From Candidatus Bathyarchaeota archaeon (GTDB lineage Archaea > Thermoproteota > Bathyarchaeia > Bathyarchaeales > Bathycorpusculaceae), in assembly GCA_026014705.1 (NCBI GenBank), contig JAOZHU010000008.1, forward strand, positions 17,833 through 81,832: a stretch of 64,000 nt of DNA. Direction: 5' to 3'. Made by a program: the position numbers and the translations under genes. Below are positions 7,806 through 17,967 of this stretch, piece after piece. The notes under the pieces were generated by a model. That model was not told the DNA's origin. It did no database searches and worked only from the letters and a program-made list of their open reading frames with translations. Numbering within the stretch: position 1 is the stretch's first letter; every line of letters starts with the position of its first letter.

Positions 7806-10436
7806 CTACTTTTTCTTAATCAGCACAATAACTGCTACTGCAACTGCAATGATGATTGCTATTGCCGTGCCAATGAAATGCCACGTATAGTCATAAGGCT
7901 GCGGATACACTGGCGGTGCGGTTGCTGGTGGTGCCTCGTCAACGTTTATGAAAGTCTCTGCGTACGACGGATAGTACGATTTGGAGCCTGCGAACGTTGC
8001 CATGATCGTGTAGAATCCTGGCACTTCGGGGACAAAAGCGAGACCGTAGTTTCCGCTCATGTCACTGGTAGCCGTGCCGATGTGCACAAAGTTGCCGTTA
8101 GGATCAAGAGCATCCAAGCTTACGTCAACGCCCTTCGCGTTTGCGGGGATTCCTTGCTGCATGTACAGGTACGCCATCCAGTCATCCATGTATTCGTCGG
8201 AAATCGCTGGGGTTCCTTTTGCCTCGGTGGAGGGTGTCTGGTCAGTTACTGTTCCTTCTATTACGACGCTGTTGCCGTGCACTGAAACTTTAGGCGACGC
8301 TGTCACCGTGGTTGCGCTTGGTCCTTTGCCGAAGCAGTAGATTTGGTTGTCATAGCCGTTGAGTGCCACGAGGTAGCCGTCTGCTATAGCGAAGTTGTCT
8401 CCCGCGTTTCCTGAAGACATTGAGACGCCGAGAAGCGGGAACTTCCACAGTTCAGCGCCGTTTGATGCGTTGATGCAGCGTAGGGTTGGACCGCGCCATG
8501 GCGGCTGCGTAATTGAGTGTTCGCCAGCGCCGATGTAGATTTTTCCGTCTGCGATGGCGCCTATGCCCATTGGGTAGTTGCCGTAGGGTGATTCGAAGCC
8601 GACGTTTGCAGCGGTGTAGTTCCACAGTTGTTTGCCAGTTTTAATGTCGTAGGCGATTAGTACTCCGCCGTAGCCGCAGGTGAGCAGTTTGCCGTCGTAT
8701 ATGTTGTATTGCATGCCGTAGAAGTTCAGGGATGGTTCGCTTGGAGTTGGTCCCCAGAGTTGCTGTCCAGTTGAGAGGCTGTAGCCCCACCACCTTAGTC
8801 CAAGCACTTCGTTGAAGAGGAAGACGCCGTTTTCAACGCTTACAGTTGGTCCCTGCATGGTGCCTGTTCCGAACAAGCCGCCAGCAAGAAGTTCCGCGTC
8901 AGTTGCTTGCTGAGGAGGCGTGAAGGTTATGTTCCACAGTAGCGTGCCTTCTTGGCCTGGTTTAAGGCTTAGCGCCCACAGGTGTCCCTGTTGAACGTAA
9001 GTGCCGTTGTTCTTTCCGCCTACTCCGCCGATTATTATTTCGCCTTCGCGGATTGCGCGTATGGTGCCCTGCACTGCGGGTATGGATACGTTCAGTGAGT
9101 AGCCGTTGTTGCCGTCAAAAGTCATGTTGTACGTTGGTCGCCACATCCAATAGTTGTTGCTGGTGTAGACTGGTTCGTACCATATGGCTCGGCTGGTGTT
9201 CCAAATCTGCAAGCGCATGTTGGCGCCTGAGCCCACGGTGTTGTAGTGCGTTATGCTTCCGTCTTTGCCGTAGACCTGTGTGCCCCAAGTGGTGGCTCCG
9301 AAGAAACCAGCGCTAGTGGGTACATTTTTTATGCTGCATATGTATTTTCCAGTGAAGGCGTCGTACATCCTCCATGTGGTTAGCCCGCCGTTATCGTCCG
9401 TGGTGCTCCATAGGTAGGGTATGCCTCCGTGCTGGTTAGGCGACTCGTAGTCGTAGATTTGGCCGAAAGCCAGCTTTCCGCCTTGGATTGCTCCTGAAGC
9501 GTCGAAGCCGCCGCCAACTCCTGTAACTGGACCCGTCGTGTTCTGGAAGTACTCGACTTCACCAGTGTACAGGTCAAGGCAGTACCAGCCGATTCTTGGA
9601 AGCGACATTACGTTGTAGTAGAGTTTGCCGTTGAGAATTATTGGCGGTTGAAAACCGAGACCCTCGTAGTGGTAGTTGTAGTAGCCGATGTCGCCGAAGC
9701 GTGCATCCATGATGCCTCCCGCCCACATTGGCTGAGACCACATCACGTGCGAGCTTTCAGGTCCTGGTCCGTAGCTGTAGCTTGTAGTGCAGCCGCCAGC
9801 AGCGCCCAACGGGTAGTTCTGTGCAGCACCTGCGAGCCAGTTAGCTGCGAGGCATGCCCAGTTTCTGTTGAGGCTGTTTATCGGTCGTGTCCAGAACTGT
9901 GTGGGTAGCGGCGCGTCGGGCCATGGTTGTACTTGCTCTTCTTGTGCAACGAGTGTTATTGGGTTGCTTTGGCTGGCTAAGTATGTGTCGTTGATGTATG
10001 CGTCTCCGCCGAAGAAGTAGATTCCTCCTGGCGGTACAGGTTGACCCGTGATTTTGGTGTCTGGGAATTTAGCCACAATTGTGTACGTGCCCACTTGGGT
10101 AGGTGTGTATTTAGTGAAGCCTCCTCCAACTGGGTCGGACGTTAATGGTCCCAGTGTTTCTTTGGTGCCGTCGGGTTTGGTGATTTCTATTGTGAATTTC
10201 CAGCGGTCGCCGTATGCGCCGAATGCTGTTGGCGGTACGGCGTTGAGCCAGAATGTTATTCCTGTTTCTTGGTTGACTCCTACGGGGTTGACGGTGCAGA
10301 CTGCGTAGCAGTGGGTTGGTATCTGCCATGCTGGAGTGTGCGCGTTTGCGATTGGTAACGCTAATGAAGCAGCGATTGTTAACGCCAGCGACAGTGCGAT
10401 TAAAGTAGCTGTTGCTCTGTTTTTTGCGATTTTCAT
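7806..10436 (-). CDS. large secreted PQQ-like beta-propeller repeat protein, C-terminally membrane anchored
   Basis: 876 aa with an N-terminal signal-like segment and repeated G-x-L/IY.. and DGKL/IY propeller motifs. The C-terminal TM helix ends in LIKKK. Confidence 0.65.
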   Translation of the reverse strand: MKIAKNRATATLIALSLALTIAASLALPIANAHTPAWQIPTHCYAVCTVNPVGVNQETGITFWLNAVPPTAFGAYGDRWKFTIEITKPDGTKETLGPLTSDPVGGGFTKYTPTQVGTYTIVAKFPDTKITGQPVPPGGIYFFGGDAYINDTYLASQSNPITLVAQEEQVQPWPDAPLPTQFWTRPINSLNRNWACLAANWLAGAAQNYPLGAAGGCTTSYSYGPGPESSHVMWSQPMWAGGIMDARFGDIGYYNYHYEGLGFQPPIILNGKLYYNVMSLPRIGWYCLDLYTGEVEYFQNTTGPVTGVGGGFDASGAIQGGKLAFGQIYDYESPNQHGGIPYLWSTTDDNGGLTTWRMYDAFTGKYICSIKNVPTSAGFFGATTWGTQVYGKDGSITHYNTVGSGANMRLQIWNTSRAIWYEPVYTSNNYWMWRPTYNMTFDGNNGYSLNVSIPAVQGTIRAIREGEIIIGGVGGKNNGTYVQQGHLWALSLKPGQEGTLLWNITFTPPQQATDAELLAGGLFGTGTMQGPTVSVENGVFLFNEVLGLRWWGYSLSTGQQLWGPTPSEPSLNFYGMQYNIYDGKLLTCGYGGVLIAYDIKTGKQLWNYTAANVGFESPYGNYPMGIGAIADGKIYIGAGEHSITQPPWRGPTLRCINASNGAELWKFPLLGVSMSSGNAGDNFAIADGYLVALNGYDNQIYCFGKGPSATTVTASPKVSVHGNSVVIEGTVTDQTPSTEAKGTPAISDEYMDDWMAYLYMQQGIPANAKGVDVSLDALDPNGNFVHIGTATSDMSGNYGLAFVPEVPGFYTIMATFAGSKSYYPSYAETFINVDEAPPATAPPVYPQPYDYTWHFIGTAIAIIIAVAVAVIVLIKKK

Positions 10437-10760
10437 TTTTCTCTTTCCTTCCTTTTTATTCCTGCGTGTTTGCGCAGGAACATGGTTTGGTTTTTATGGT
10501 ATTTTGTCTTATAAGTTTTTGCAAACTTGCCCTTTTGTGAGTGTGCTGCATCCTGAAAATGCTTTCTTGCGGGTGTTTTAATGCGTATTTTGTCTTTTTT
10601 TCGTTTTTCTGGTTGACGTTTTCTAGCACTTTGCCCTTGCCATAGGCGTCTGTTGCAAGCGTGCCTTCTGTTTGGCGGTATCGGCATGATTAAGTAATAG
10701 CATTTATATCTCTATCACGTTCAAACTGCGCGTGTTGGAGGGTGCGTTTAGTCGGGTAAA

Positions 10761-12443
10761 GTGTTGGTTACGTCAGCTTGGCCTTACATTAACGTGACTC
10801 CGCATCTAGGCAACCTCGTTGGTTCAGTGTTGTCTGCGGATGTCGCTGCGCGGTTTTATAGGCTCCGCGGCGAAGAGGTTTTAATGGTTAGCGGTTCGGA
10901 TGAGCACGGCACACCCATCGAAGTTGAAGCCCTAAAGCAGGGAATAACGCCTAAGGCTTTAACTGACCGAAACCACGCATACGTGGCCGAGTTGTTCAAG
11001 CGGTGGGGCGCGTCTTTTGATAATTACACGCGGACTGAGAACCCTGTGCACAAGGAGTTTGTGCAGGAGTTTCTGATGAAAATTTATCGAAATGGCTACA
11101 TTTTCGCTGAAGAATCACGGATGCTGTATTGCGAGCGTGATCAGCGTTTTCTGCCTGACCGCTTCGTTGAGGGTAAATGTCCATACTGCGGGTATGAGCA
11201 TGCTCGTGGAGACCAGTGTGACCGCTGCGGAAGGTTGCTGGAGACGACGTTTCTTGTGGAGCCGCACTGCGTAATCTGCGGGAACTTGCCTGTGGTTAAA
11301 GCTACTAAGCATTGGTATATCGATTTGTCGCAGTTAGCTGAGCCGCTCAGCGAGTATATCAAGGCTAATCGGCAGTTGCCTGCTAACGCCAAGAACTTCA
11401 GCTTGAACTGGATTCAGGAAGGCTTGAAGGCTCGGGCTGTCACTCGCGATGTGGAATGGGGAATTCCTGCGCCGTTTCCAGGAGCCGAGGGCAAGACGGT
11501 TTACGTGTGGGTTGAGGCGGTTTTAGGTTACGTCTCAGCCACCATCGAGTATTGCCGCCGCGTGGGCAAGCCTGAGTTGTGGCGGGAATTCTGGTTCGGC
11601 AAGGATGCGCGTTCACTGTTTTTTGTAGGAAAAGATAACATTCCTTTCCACACGATTTTGCTGCCTGCGCTGCTTTTGGCTTCTGGTGAGGGCTACAATT
11701 TGCCGTGGAACGTTTCAGCCACCGAGTTTCTCCAGTTCAAAGGCGAAAAAGCCTCTAAGAGCCGGCGGATTGGCATCTGGATAGACGAAGCGTTGGAGCT
11801 GTTTCCTGTTGATTATTGGCGGTTCTTTTTGGTGGCTACGCGACCCGAGGCTAAGGATGCGAATTTCTCATGGGAATTCTTCGCGGACAAGATTAACGCA
11901 GACTTGAATGACACATTCGGCAACTTCGTGCACAGGACTTTGACGTTTATTAACTCGCGTTTTGATGGCGCCGTGCCACAAGCCGAGCAGTTAACCATGG
12001 AAGACGAAGCAGTTCTTCAGGGCATACGCGAAAAAGTAGAAACCATGGCTGAAGAGCTCGAAGCAGCTAAATTGCAGTCCGCGGCGAACACACTGATTAG
12101 CCTAAGCCGTTTAGGGAACCAATACTTGAACGAGAAGGAGCCTTGGAACCTGCTTAAGACGGACAGAGCACGCGCAGCGGCTGTTTTGTACGTGGCAGCG
12201 CAAGTTGTGAAGGCGCTTGCCGTGGCTTCGGCTCCGATAATGCCCGGGACGGCGGAGCAGATGTGGCAGACGCTTGGTTTAGCTGGCAGCGTTCACTGGT
12301 GCCGGTGGAGTGACGCGCTTGAGCCGTTGGAGGAGGGGCACAAAATTGCGAAGGCGTCGCCGCTCTTCCGCAAAATAGACTCTACTGCGGAGCAGCTTGA
12401 CGAGTTGTTGGCTAAAGTCAGAGAGAAAATGGCAAATGCTTAA
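10761..12443 (+). CDS. metG: methionyl-tRNA synthetase
   Basis: 560 aa with PYINVTPHLGNLVG (HIGH-type), a CPYCG...CDRCG zinc knuckle and the KMSKS-equivalent KASKS. Confidence 0.9.
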   Translation: MLVTSAWPYINVTPHLGNLVGSVLSADVAARFYRLRGEEVLMVSGSDEHGTPIEVEALKQGITPKALTDRNHAYVAELFKRWGASFDNYTRTENPVHKEFVQEFLMKIYRNGYIFAEESRMLYCERDQRFLPDRFVEGKCPYCGYEHARGDQCDRCGRLLETTFLVEPHCVICGNLPVVKATKHWYIDLSQLAEPLSEYIKANRQLPANAKNFSLNWIQEGLKARAVTRDVEWGIPAPFPGAEGKTVYVWVEAVLGYVSATIEYCRRVGKPELWREFWFGKDARSLFFVGKDNIPFHTILLPALLLASGEGYNLPWNVSATEFLQFKGEKASKSRRIGIWIDEALELFPVDYWRFFLVATRPEAKDANFSWEFFADKINADLNDTFGNFVHRTLTFINSRFDGAVPQAEQLTMEDEAVLQGIREKVETMAEELEAAKLQSAANTLISLSRLGNQYLNEKEPWNLLKTDRARAAAVLYVAAQVVKALAVASAPIMPGTAEQMWQTLGLAGSVHWCRWSDALEPLEEGHKIAKASPLFRKIDSTAEQLDELLAKVREKMANA

Positions 12444-13089
12444 AATTGACTTGCATGTTCACACAGTTTATTCTCCCGATTCACTGATTAGGCTAAAGGA
12501 GCTTGTTTTTTGGGCTAAACAGCGGGGGTTGGACGCGGTGGCGGTTACTGACCACAACCAAGTTGAGGGCGCATTGAAATTTGCTAAGGAAACGGATTTC
12601 TTGATTATCCCGGGCACTGAAGTCAGCAGTAGAGATGGGCACATCGTTGCTCTTAACGTGCATGAAACTTTTCCAAGAGGCTTAAGCGCAGAAGAAACTG
12701 TTGAGCAAATTCACGCGGCAAGCGGCATAGCAGTTGCGTGCCATCCCTTTGCGCTGTTCAAAGGCAGTTTAGGCAAGCATGCCAACGGCAAGTTTGATGC
12801 AGTTGAAACCATTAACGCTTCTGCTTCACCCTTTAAACGAAGCGTAAAAAAAGCTGAAGCAATTGCAGCAAACCTCAAGCTTCCACGGGTTGCTGGCACC
12901 GACGCGCATTACGCGCCTGCCATCGGCTACGCTTACACGGCTGTCGATGCTGCGCCTGACGCCGAAGCAATTGTGAAAGCAATAGTTGCTGGCCGTTGTG
13001 AGCCTTTTGGCAAGCAAGTGCCGTTAGGCTTGAAGCTTAAGAAGCACTACACATTTTTCAAGAGGAAGATTACAAGTACTCTTAAATGA
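12436..13089 (+). CDS. PHP-domain metal-dependent phosphoesterase
   Basis: MLKIDLHVHTVYSPDS...AVTDHN...GTDAH motifs. The ATG at 12436 overlaps the metG stop. The upstream extension in the ORF track is unlikely. Confidence 0.75.
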   Translation: MLKIDLHVHTVYSPDSLIRLKELVFWAKQRGLDAVAVTDHNQVEGALKFAKETDFLIIPGTEVSSRDGHIVALNVHETFPRGLSAEETVEQIHAASGIAVACHPFALFKGSLGKHANGKFDAVETINASASPFKRSVKKAEAIAANLKLPRVAGTDAHYAPAIGYAYTAVDAAPDAEAIVKAIVAGRCEPFGKQVPLGLKLKKHYTFFKRKITSTLK

Positions 13090-13447
13090 ACAAAGGTTTT
13101 TATTTACTGAGAAAAACTTGGGCGCCGCTTGACATACAGAAGCATAAGCCTAAAGCAATCACCACCTTTGGCATAAAACCATGGATAAGCACAAAGCCTG
13201 ATAAACGCAGAAGCACCGCACCTCATCCGCACGCACACCATATCCGCCTGTGCCCCTAACACTCTCCTAACAATAACCTACGCTCTTCGCCAACCCATTT
13301 AATACTTTAAATAGGGGGGCTATAGTTTTTTCCACGCATAAAAATGGAAGCCCCACATATCCAGAGCCTGCTAGAAACAGTGTGCAGAAACCTATCGCTA
13401 ACCTATTAGCGCCATGGAAAACAAAAAATAGAAAGGAAAGAATCTGC

Positions 13448-13756
13448 CTAATAATTTTCCATCTGGTAAAGATCCAAATCCACGTTCAGCGGCTTCTCTG
13501 CTTCACTGCCTTGCTCCAAATCGTACAATTCAGGCATGACTTTGCACCTTTTATTTCGCACAGCGTTCACCTTCACTTTAAGAGGCGCAATCTCCACAGG
13601 CTCGACAACTGCACCGCAGCCTACAAGCGCTTCGTCGCAAACCAACTCAACCGTGCTCTCAACGACCTTGTTCGCCTCATCCAAACTCAAATGCGCCTTC
13701 AACGCGATTTCGTCTGCTTGCTTAGTCAACGCCCTTCCGCCTCCACACTTCAGCAC
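13448..13756 (-). CDS. hypothetical protein overlapping the end of an RHH gene
   Basis: 102-aa ORF. An alternative TTG start at 13729 overlaps the RHH stop (TTGACTAA). No known domain recognised. Confidence 0.35.
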   Translation of the reverse strand: MLKCGGGRALTKQADEIALKAHLSLDEANKVVESTVELVCDEALVGCGAVVEPVEIAPLKVKVNAVRNKRCKVMPELYDLEQGSEAEKPLNVDLDLYQMENY

Positions 13757-13877
13757 TGATTAAATCACGAATAGCCACGCGAATCGCCTCAGCCCTATTC
13801 GGATAAAAACATTCAGTTACCAACTGATCCAAAGCTTTTATATACGTTTCAGGCAAATACAGAGTGATTAACTTCAA
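13722..13877 (-). CDS. ribbon-helix-helix (CopG/Arc-like) DNA-binding protein, 51 aa
   Basis: Not in the ORF track. TTG start with GGGAGAG upstream. Translates to (M)KLITLYLPETYIKALDQLVTECFYPNRAEAIRVAIRDLI, a beta-alpha-alpha RHH pattern. Confidence 0.55.
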   Translation of the reverse strand: MKLITLYLPETYIKALDQLVTECFYPNRAEAIRVAIRDLISAEVWRRKGVD

Positions 13878-14082
13878 GTGTTCTCTCCCTCAACAAACTG
13901 TTAAAAGCATGCATGTATGTTATACTTCTATATGTTATGAGGCAAATATGCATTAAACATGTTCGTGCCACCATTTATAAATATTACAAAAACGATGTTG
14001 CACATTCCTGTAAATTCAGGCGCCAACAACCTTTATTTTTTCATTCCCCATTACCTCATTAAACACGATACGATGACACACA

Positions 14083-15369
14083 ATGTATGTTCACGTGAAA
14101 ACCTTCGGATGCTCAACAAACTTAGCTGACAGCGAAGCCATAGCAGGAAGCCTAAAGCAAGCAGGCTTCACGCTAACCCGTTCCGCCGCGACCGCAAACA
14201 TAATAATTTACAACACATGCGCCGTAAAAGGACCAACAGAAAACCGCGTAATCAACACCATAAAACGCACTCCAAAAAGCAAAAAAGTAATCATTGCAGG
14301 CTGCTTACCGCTCATCAACTTGGAACGCTTACGCCGCGAAACACGCTTCAACGCTGCAGTTGGACCAGCCGCAGCGCAGCAAATCGCCGAAATCACCAAA
14401 CGCGTCCTAAAAGGCGAAAACATAATCGCACTAGAACATGCATTAACCGCTAAGCCGCCCTTGAACATCCCACGCCAAAAAGCAAACCCCATAATCAGCG
14501 TAATCCCCATAAACTACGGTTGCCTCGGCAAATGCGCTTACTGCTGCGTAACCTTCGCACGCGGAAACCTGCGCAGCTACAGCATCACCGAAATCACCCA
14601 ACGAATAACCAGCGACTTAGCCACAGGCACAAAAGAAATCTGGCTCACCTCACAGGATACAGCCTGCTACGGCAAAGACATCGGCACAAACCTCGCAGCG
14701 TTGCTTAATGCTTTAGCCACCGTGAAAGCGGACTTCACAATGCGCATCGGCATGATGACCCCTAACATCGCAACGCCATTCTTGGCTGAACTGATTGAGG
14801 CTTTCAGTAACCCACGCATATTCAAGTTTGTGCATCTGCCCGTGCAAAGCGGCGATGACGAAGTGCTAAAACGCATGCAGCGGTGCTACACTGTTGAGCA
14901 GTTCAAAGCCACCGTAAAGGCGTTCCGAACAGCATTCCCAGAAATCACCATAGCCACCGACGTAATCTGCGGGTTTCCCGGCGAAACCGAAAGCGCATTT
15001 CGAAACACGCTTGCGCTCATCAAAGCAACAAAACCCGACATCATAAACATATCCAAGTTTTTCCCCCGACCACACACGGCAGCAGCAGAAATGCGCAGCA
15101 AATTCATAGACATAGCAGAAATAAAGCAACGCAGCACTGTGCTGGCTCAACTGGCAAAAAGCATATCGCTGGAACGCAACAAACGCTGGATAGGCTGGAA
15201 AGGCAAAGCATTGGTAGACGAAAAGGGAAAAACGCCTAACTCGTGGATAGCCCGCAACTTCACCTACAAACCCATAGTAGTCCACACTTCATCGAACATG
15301 CTCGGAAAAACCGTAAACGTGCAAATCACAGAGGCATTTACCACGTACCTCGCAGGAACCCTTTGCTGA
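14083..15369 (+). CDS. MiaB-family radical SAM tRNA methylthiotransferase (archaeal MtaB/CDKAL1-like)
   Basis: 428 aa with the UPF0004 N-domain (TFGCSTNLADSE), the radical SAM CLGKCAYCC motif and a C-terminal TRAM-like domain. Confidence 0.85.
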   Translation: MYVHVKTFGCSTNLADSEAIAGSLKQAGFTLTRSAATANIIIYNTCAVKGPTENRVINTIKRTPKSKKVIIAGCLPLINLERLRRETRFNAAVGPAAAQQIAEITKRVLKGENIIALEHALTAKPPLNIPRQKANPIISVIPINYGCLGKCAYCCVTFARGNLRSYSITEITQRITSDLATGTKEIWLTSQDTACYGKDIGTNLAALLNALATVKADFTMRIGMMTPNIATPFLAELIEAFSNPRIFKFVHLPVQSGDDEVLKRMQRCYTVEQFKATVKAFRTAFPEITIATDVICGFPGETESAFRNTLALIKATKPDIINISKFFPRPHTAAAEMRSKFIDIAEIKQRSTVLAQLAKSISLERNKRWIGWKGKALVDEKGKTPNSWIARNFTYKPIVVHTSSNMLGKTVNVQITEAFTTYLAGTLC

Positions 15370-15431
15370 ACAACACTATGATTCATCATGAACTTCTGCT
15401 ACTGTTCAGGAGCAATATTCAATAGGCACAC

Positions 15432-16076
15432 GTGACATGCCTAAGAGTAATGATTCCGCTGCTCAACGTTGGCTACAGCAGTTTTCCAGTAAATTCCATA
15501 GGCGACAGAGACAGCGACATTCTGGCTTTCTTAAGCCAAGAAGAATTCACCTTCTTCACTTTCGAAGGGCTCAAACGGCGATTAGGACTACACCCCGAAA
15601 CACTATCCCGCATACTAAACCGCTTAGAACAAGAAGGCATAATCAAAAAAACCAGCGAAGGCTACACCGTCACACAAGAAATCGCCCACCACCTCAAACT
15701 TCACGCCCCTTACACCAGCGAATCAAACTTATCCCTGTTGCAAACCTACCTGCCCTCAGACATCTCCATCCCGCAACTCGTTTCGAACCTCCGAGGAAAA
15801 TGGTTCGGACTACTTCGATGGCTCGGCACAGCCGAAACCCGCGAAACCATCACACTAAAATGGATAACCGAAGACGGCGACATCCAAATCGACGCGAAAA
15901 TCACCGAATCCCAACTCGCAATCGAAGCCAAATTCCTGCACCACGCCAACCTCAACCGCGCATTAAAAGCCGCCTACCAGCTAATGGCGCACATTGGCAA
16001 GCTCTGCGCACGCACACCTATGGCAAGACACGTAGCCTACTTCAACGATTCCACCTTACGCTTGATGTCCGCCTAA
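15432..16076 (+). CDS. winged-helix DNA-binding protein (putative regulator)
   Basis: FEGLKRRLGLHPETLSRILNRLEQEGIIKKTSEGYTV is a wHTH pattern. The start is uncertain. Confidence 0.5.
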   Translation: MTCLRVMIPLLNVGYSSFPVNSIGDRDSDILAFLSQEEFTFFTFEGLKRRLGLHPETLSRILNRLEQEGIIKKTSEGYTVTQEIAHHLKLHAPYTSESNLSLLQTYLPSDISIPQLVSNLRGKWFGLLRWLGTAETRETITLKWITEDGDIQIDAKITESQLAIEAKFLHHANLNRALKAAYQLMAHIGKLCARTPMARHVAYFNDSTLRLMSA

Positions 16077-16158
16077 CCCAATGTGACTGACTTCACGCAT
16101 CTCTCAGTCAACAAATACCCTATTGCATATACTGTTTTTTCAGAGGTGTATACCCAAA

Positions 16159-17091
16159 ATGGCACAACTAGTCAACCCCTTAGAAGTGTTACAAACCATA
16201 TCAAACGCCACAACTGCGCTCGTTCAAAAACTAGCGCCTTCAGTCGTCAGCGTAAAATCGCATATGACACACGGCACAGGCATAGTCCTAAACCGAGAAG
16301 GCTACATAGTCACCTGCAACCACGTACTCAGCGGATGCAACACCGTGAAAATCGGACAAAGCGAAAAAACCTACAACGCCACAGTAATCGGCACAGACCC
16401 CTACAACGACATAGCCCTACTCAAAACCGAATCAGGACACTTCAAACCAGCAGACCTTGCCGACTCCAACAAACTAAACACAGGACAATTCATCATAGCA
16501 TTAGCCAACCCATTCAACAAGCAAATGCCCACCGCCACAACAGGCATAATCACAAACCCCAACACCACACTCAAACACACGCACGGAACAGCCATGGAAA
16601 ACGCAATAGCCACCGACGCCAAACTAAACCCGGGCTTCTCAGGCGGACCACTGGCAGACGCCGCTGGCAGAGTAATCGGCATGAACGCAGCATACGTGTG
16701 GTCACGAGGCATCGCCATACCCATAAACAAAATCAAAACCATCACAGACAGACTCATACACGGCACAGCGATAAAACGTGGCTACTTAGGCATAGTATCC
16801 AACACCGTCATGATACCACAGGAAATCGTCGAAGAAATAGGCATCGACCAAAACACGGGCGTAATGATATTCCAAGTTGAACACGGCTCACCAGCAAAGA
16901 AAGCAGGATTAACAATGGGTGACGTCATCGTGAAATTCAACGGAAAAACCGTCGCAGACTTCTACGACTTACCCCGCTTGCTATCAGACGACGTAGTAAA
17001 CAAAGAAACCAAAATCACAATTCTCCGAGGCGAAAAACTCGTAACCCTAACCATCACACCAACAATAGCAGAGGAAGAACACAATGAATAA
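16159..17091 (+). CDS. HtrA/DegP-like S1C serine protease with PDZ domain
   Basis: Catalytic triad contexts TCNHVL, NDIALLK and GFSGGPL. C-terminal PDZ (GSPAKKAGLTMGDVIV). ATG at 16159 is preferred over the track start. Confidence 0.8.
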   Translation: MAQLVNPLEVLQTISNATTALVQKLAPSVVSVKSHMTHGTGIVLNREGYIVTCNHVLSGCNTVKIGQSEKTYNATVIGTDPYNDIALLKTESGHFKPADLADSNKLNTGQFIIALANPFNKQMPTATTGIITNPNTTLKHTHGTAMENAIATDAKLNPGFSGGPLADAAGRVIGMNAAYVWSRGIAIPINKIKTITDRLIHGTAIKRGYLGIVSNTVMIPQEIVEEIGIDQNTGVMIFQVEHGSPAKKAGLTMGDVIVKFNGKTVADFYDLPRLLSDDVVNKETKITILRGEKLVTLTITPTIAEEEHNE

Positions 17092-17273
17092 ACAAACCCC
17101 CACAACCTTCCCACTTGAATTAGAACCGCCGAATCCGCTTCCAAGACCCACACCGTATCGCCCCATACCGTCTCCCCTGCCGCGATTTCGCACAGAAACA
17201 GCCGCAACGCTATCCAACAAGCTTACCCTGCTGAAAAACTGGAACTAACCAACCGCGCTCAACACGCCATGTT

Positions 17274-17819
17274 TCAGCCTGTTCGCTTCGCACCGCAGTT
17301 CGGGCACACAGTCACAAGCTGATCCATCAGCATTCCACAGTACTTGCATGGAATCATAACCACTTGGCGAACAACCTCTTTTTCTTTAATCACAGGCTGC
17401 GCTGACGGCTGCACAACCTGCAGACCAGCAACACTTGAGGTCACGTCAGGGCGTCCATCCACAGCCACAACACCTTTAATCGACCACGTAACGCTTCTGT
17501 CCATACCCTGAAGAGTCGCGCGTCCACCCGCAGGAATGTTTATGCTCAATGGAAAATCGCGCGTCTCACCATTAGCCAAATGCAGCGGACCACTAAGAAC
17601 AGGCTTCGCAGCAAAAAGCACCGAAGATTCCTGCACTTGACGCGGCAACATGCGCCTCAATTGCGGATCATACTCCTGCCGTATGACCACGGCGCGCTCT
17701 ACACAGGAGATTTCGCACCGCACTTCCGTAGCATCAAAATCTTCATTTGAAGAAACCGTCAGGGTGCCTTCCAAATTTTCGCCTAAAGCAACACTGTACT
17801 GTCCAAGCTTCAACTGCAC
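17274..17819 (-). CDS. arrestin/Spo0M-like beta-sandwich protein with C-terminal zinc ribbon
   Basis: 181 aa. The N-terminal pattern LGE.LEGTLTV...ATEVRCEISCVE resembles SpoOM/arrestin-like folds. The C-terminus is CKYCG...CPNCG. Confidence 0.45.
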   Translation of the reverse strand: MQLKLGQYSVALGENLEGTLTVSSNEDFDATEVRCEISCVERAVVIRQEYDPQLRRMLPRQVQESSVLFAAKPVLSGPLHLANGETRDFPLSINIPAGGRATLQGMDRSVTWSIKGVVAVDGRPDVTSSVAGLQVVQPSAQPVIKEKEVVRQVVMIPCKYCGMLMDQLVTVCPNCGAKRTG

Positions 17820-17967
17820 AGTCGCGTTAGGCGCAGTAAATTTGTTCGTGAATTTTTTGAAGAACAGCCTTAACTCACCGCCTTGTCCATGCGCATTGTT
17901 GTAGTGCTGTTAAACTATTTAATATTTTAAAATTACGCTTTCCAGATAATCATCGCAGGCTGCCGAG

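Noticed and set aside
7668-8285. 205-aa plus-strand ORF, and other 60-140-aa ORFs antisense to large genes throughout the window
   Set aside because: They lie antisense to, or out of frame within, long ORFs that have clear domain signatures. They have no SD and no recognisable motifs.
745-8680. The 9-mer TAGCCGCAG recurs in several places (about 749, 6037, 6178, 8668)
   Set aside because: It may be mildly over-represented, but one copy is inside a coding region and there is no consistent context. I could not test significance without counting tools.
15437-16880. Two long overlapping ORFs (217 and 265 aa) rich in R/H/N/T/P/Q, in alternative frames over the wHTH and HtrA genes
   Set aside because: The peptides are low-complexity. 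The region is T/G-poor on the top strand, so stop codons are rare in all frames. Recognisable genes (wHTH, S1C protease) occupy the other frames.
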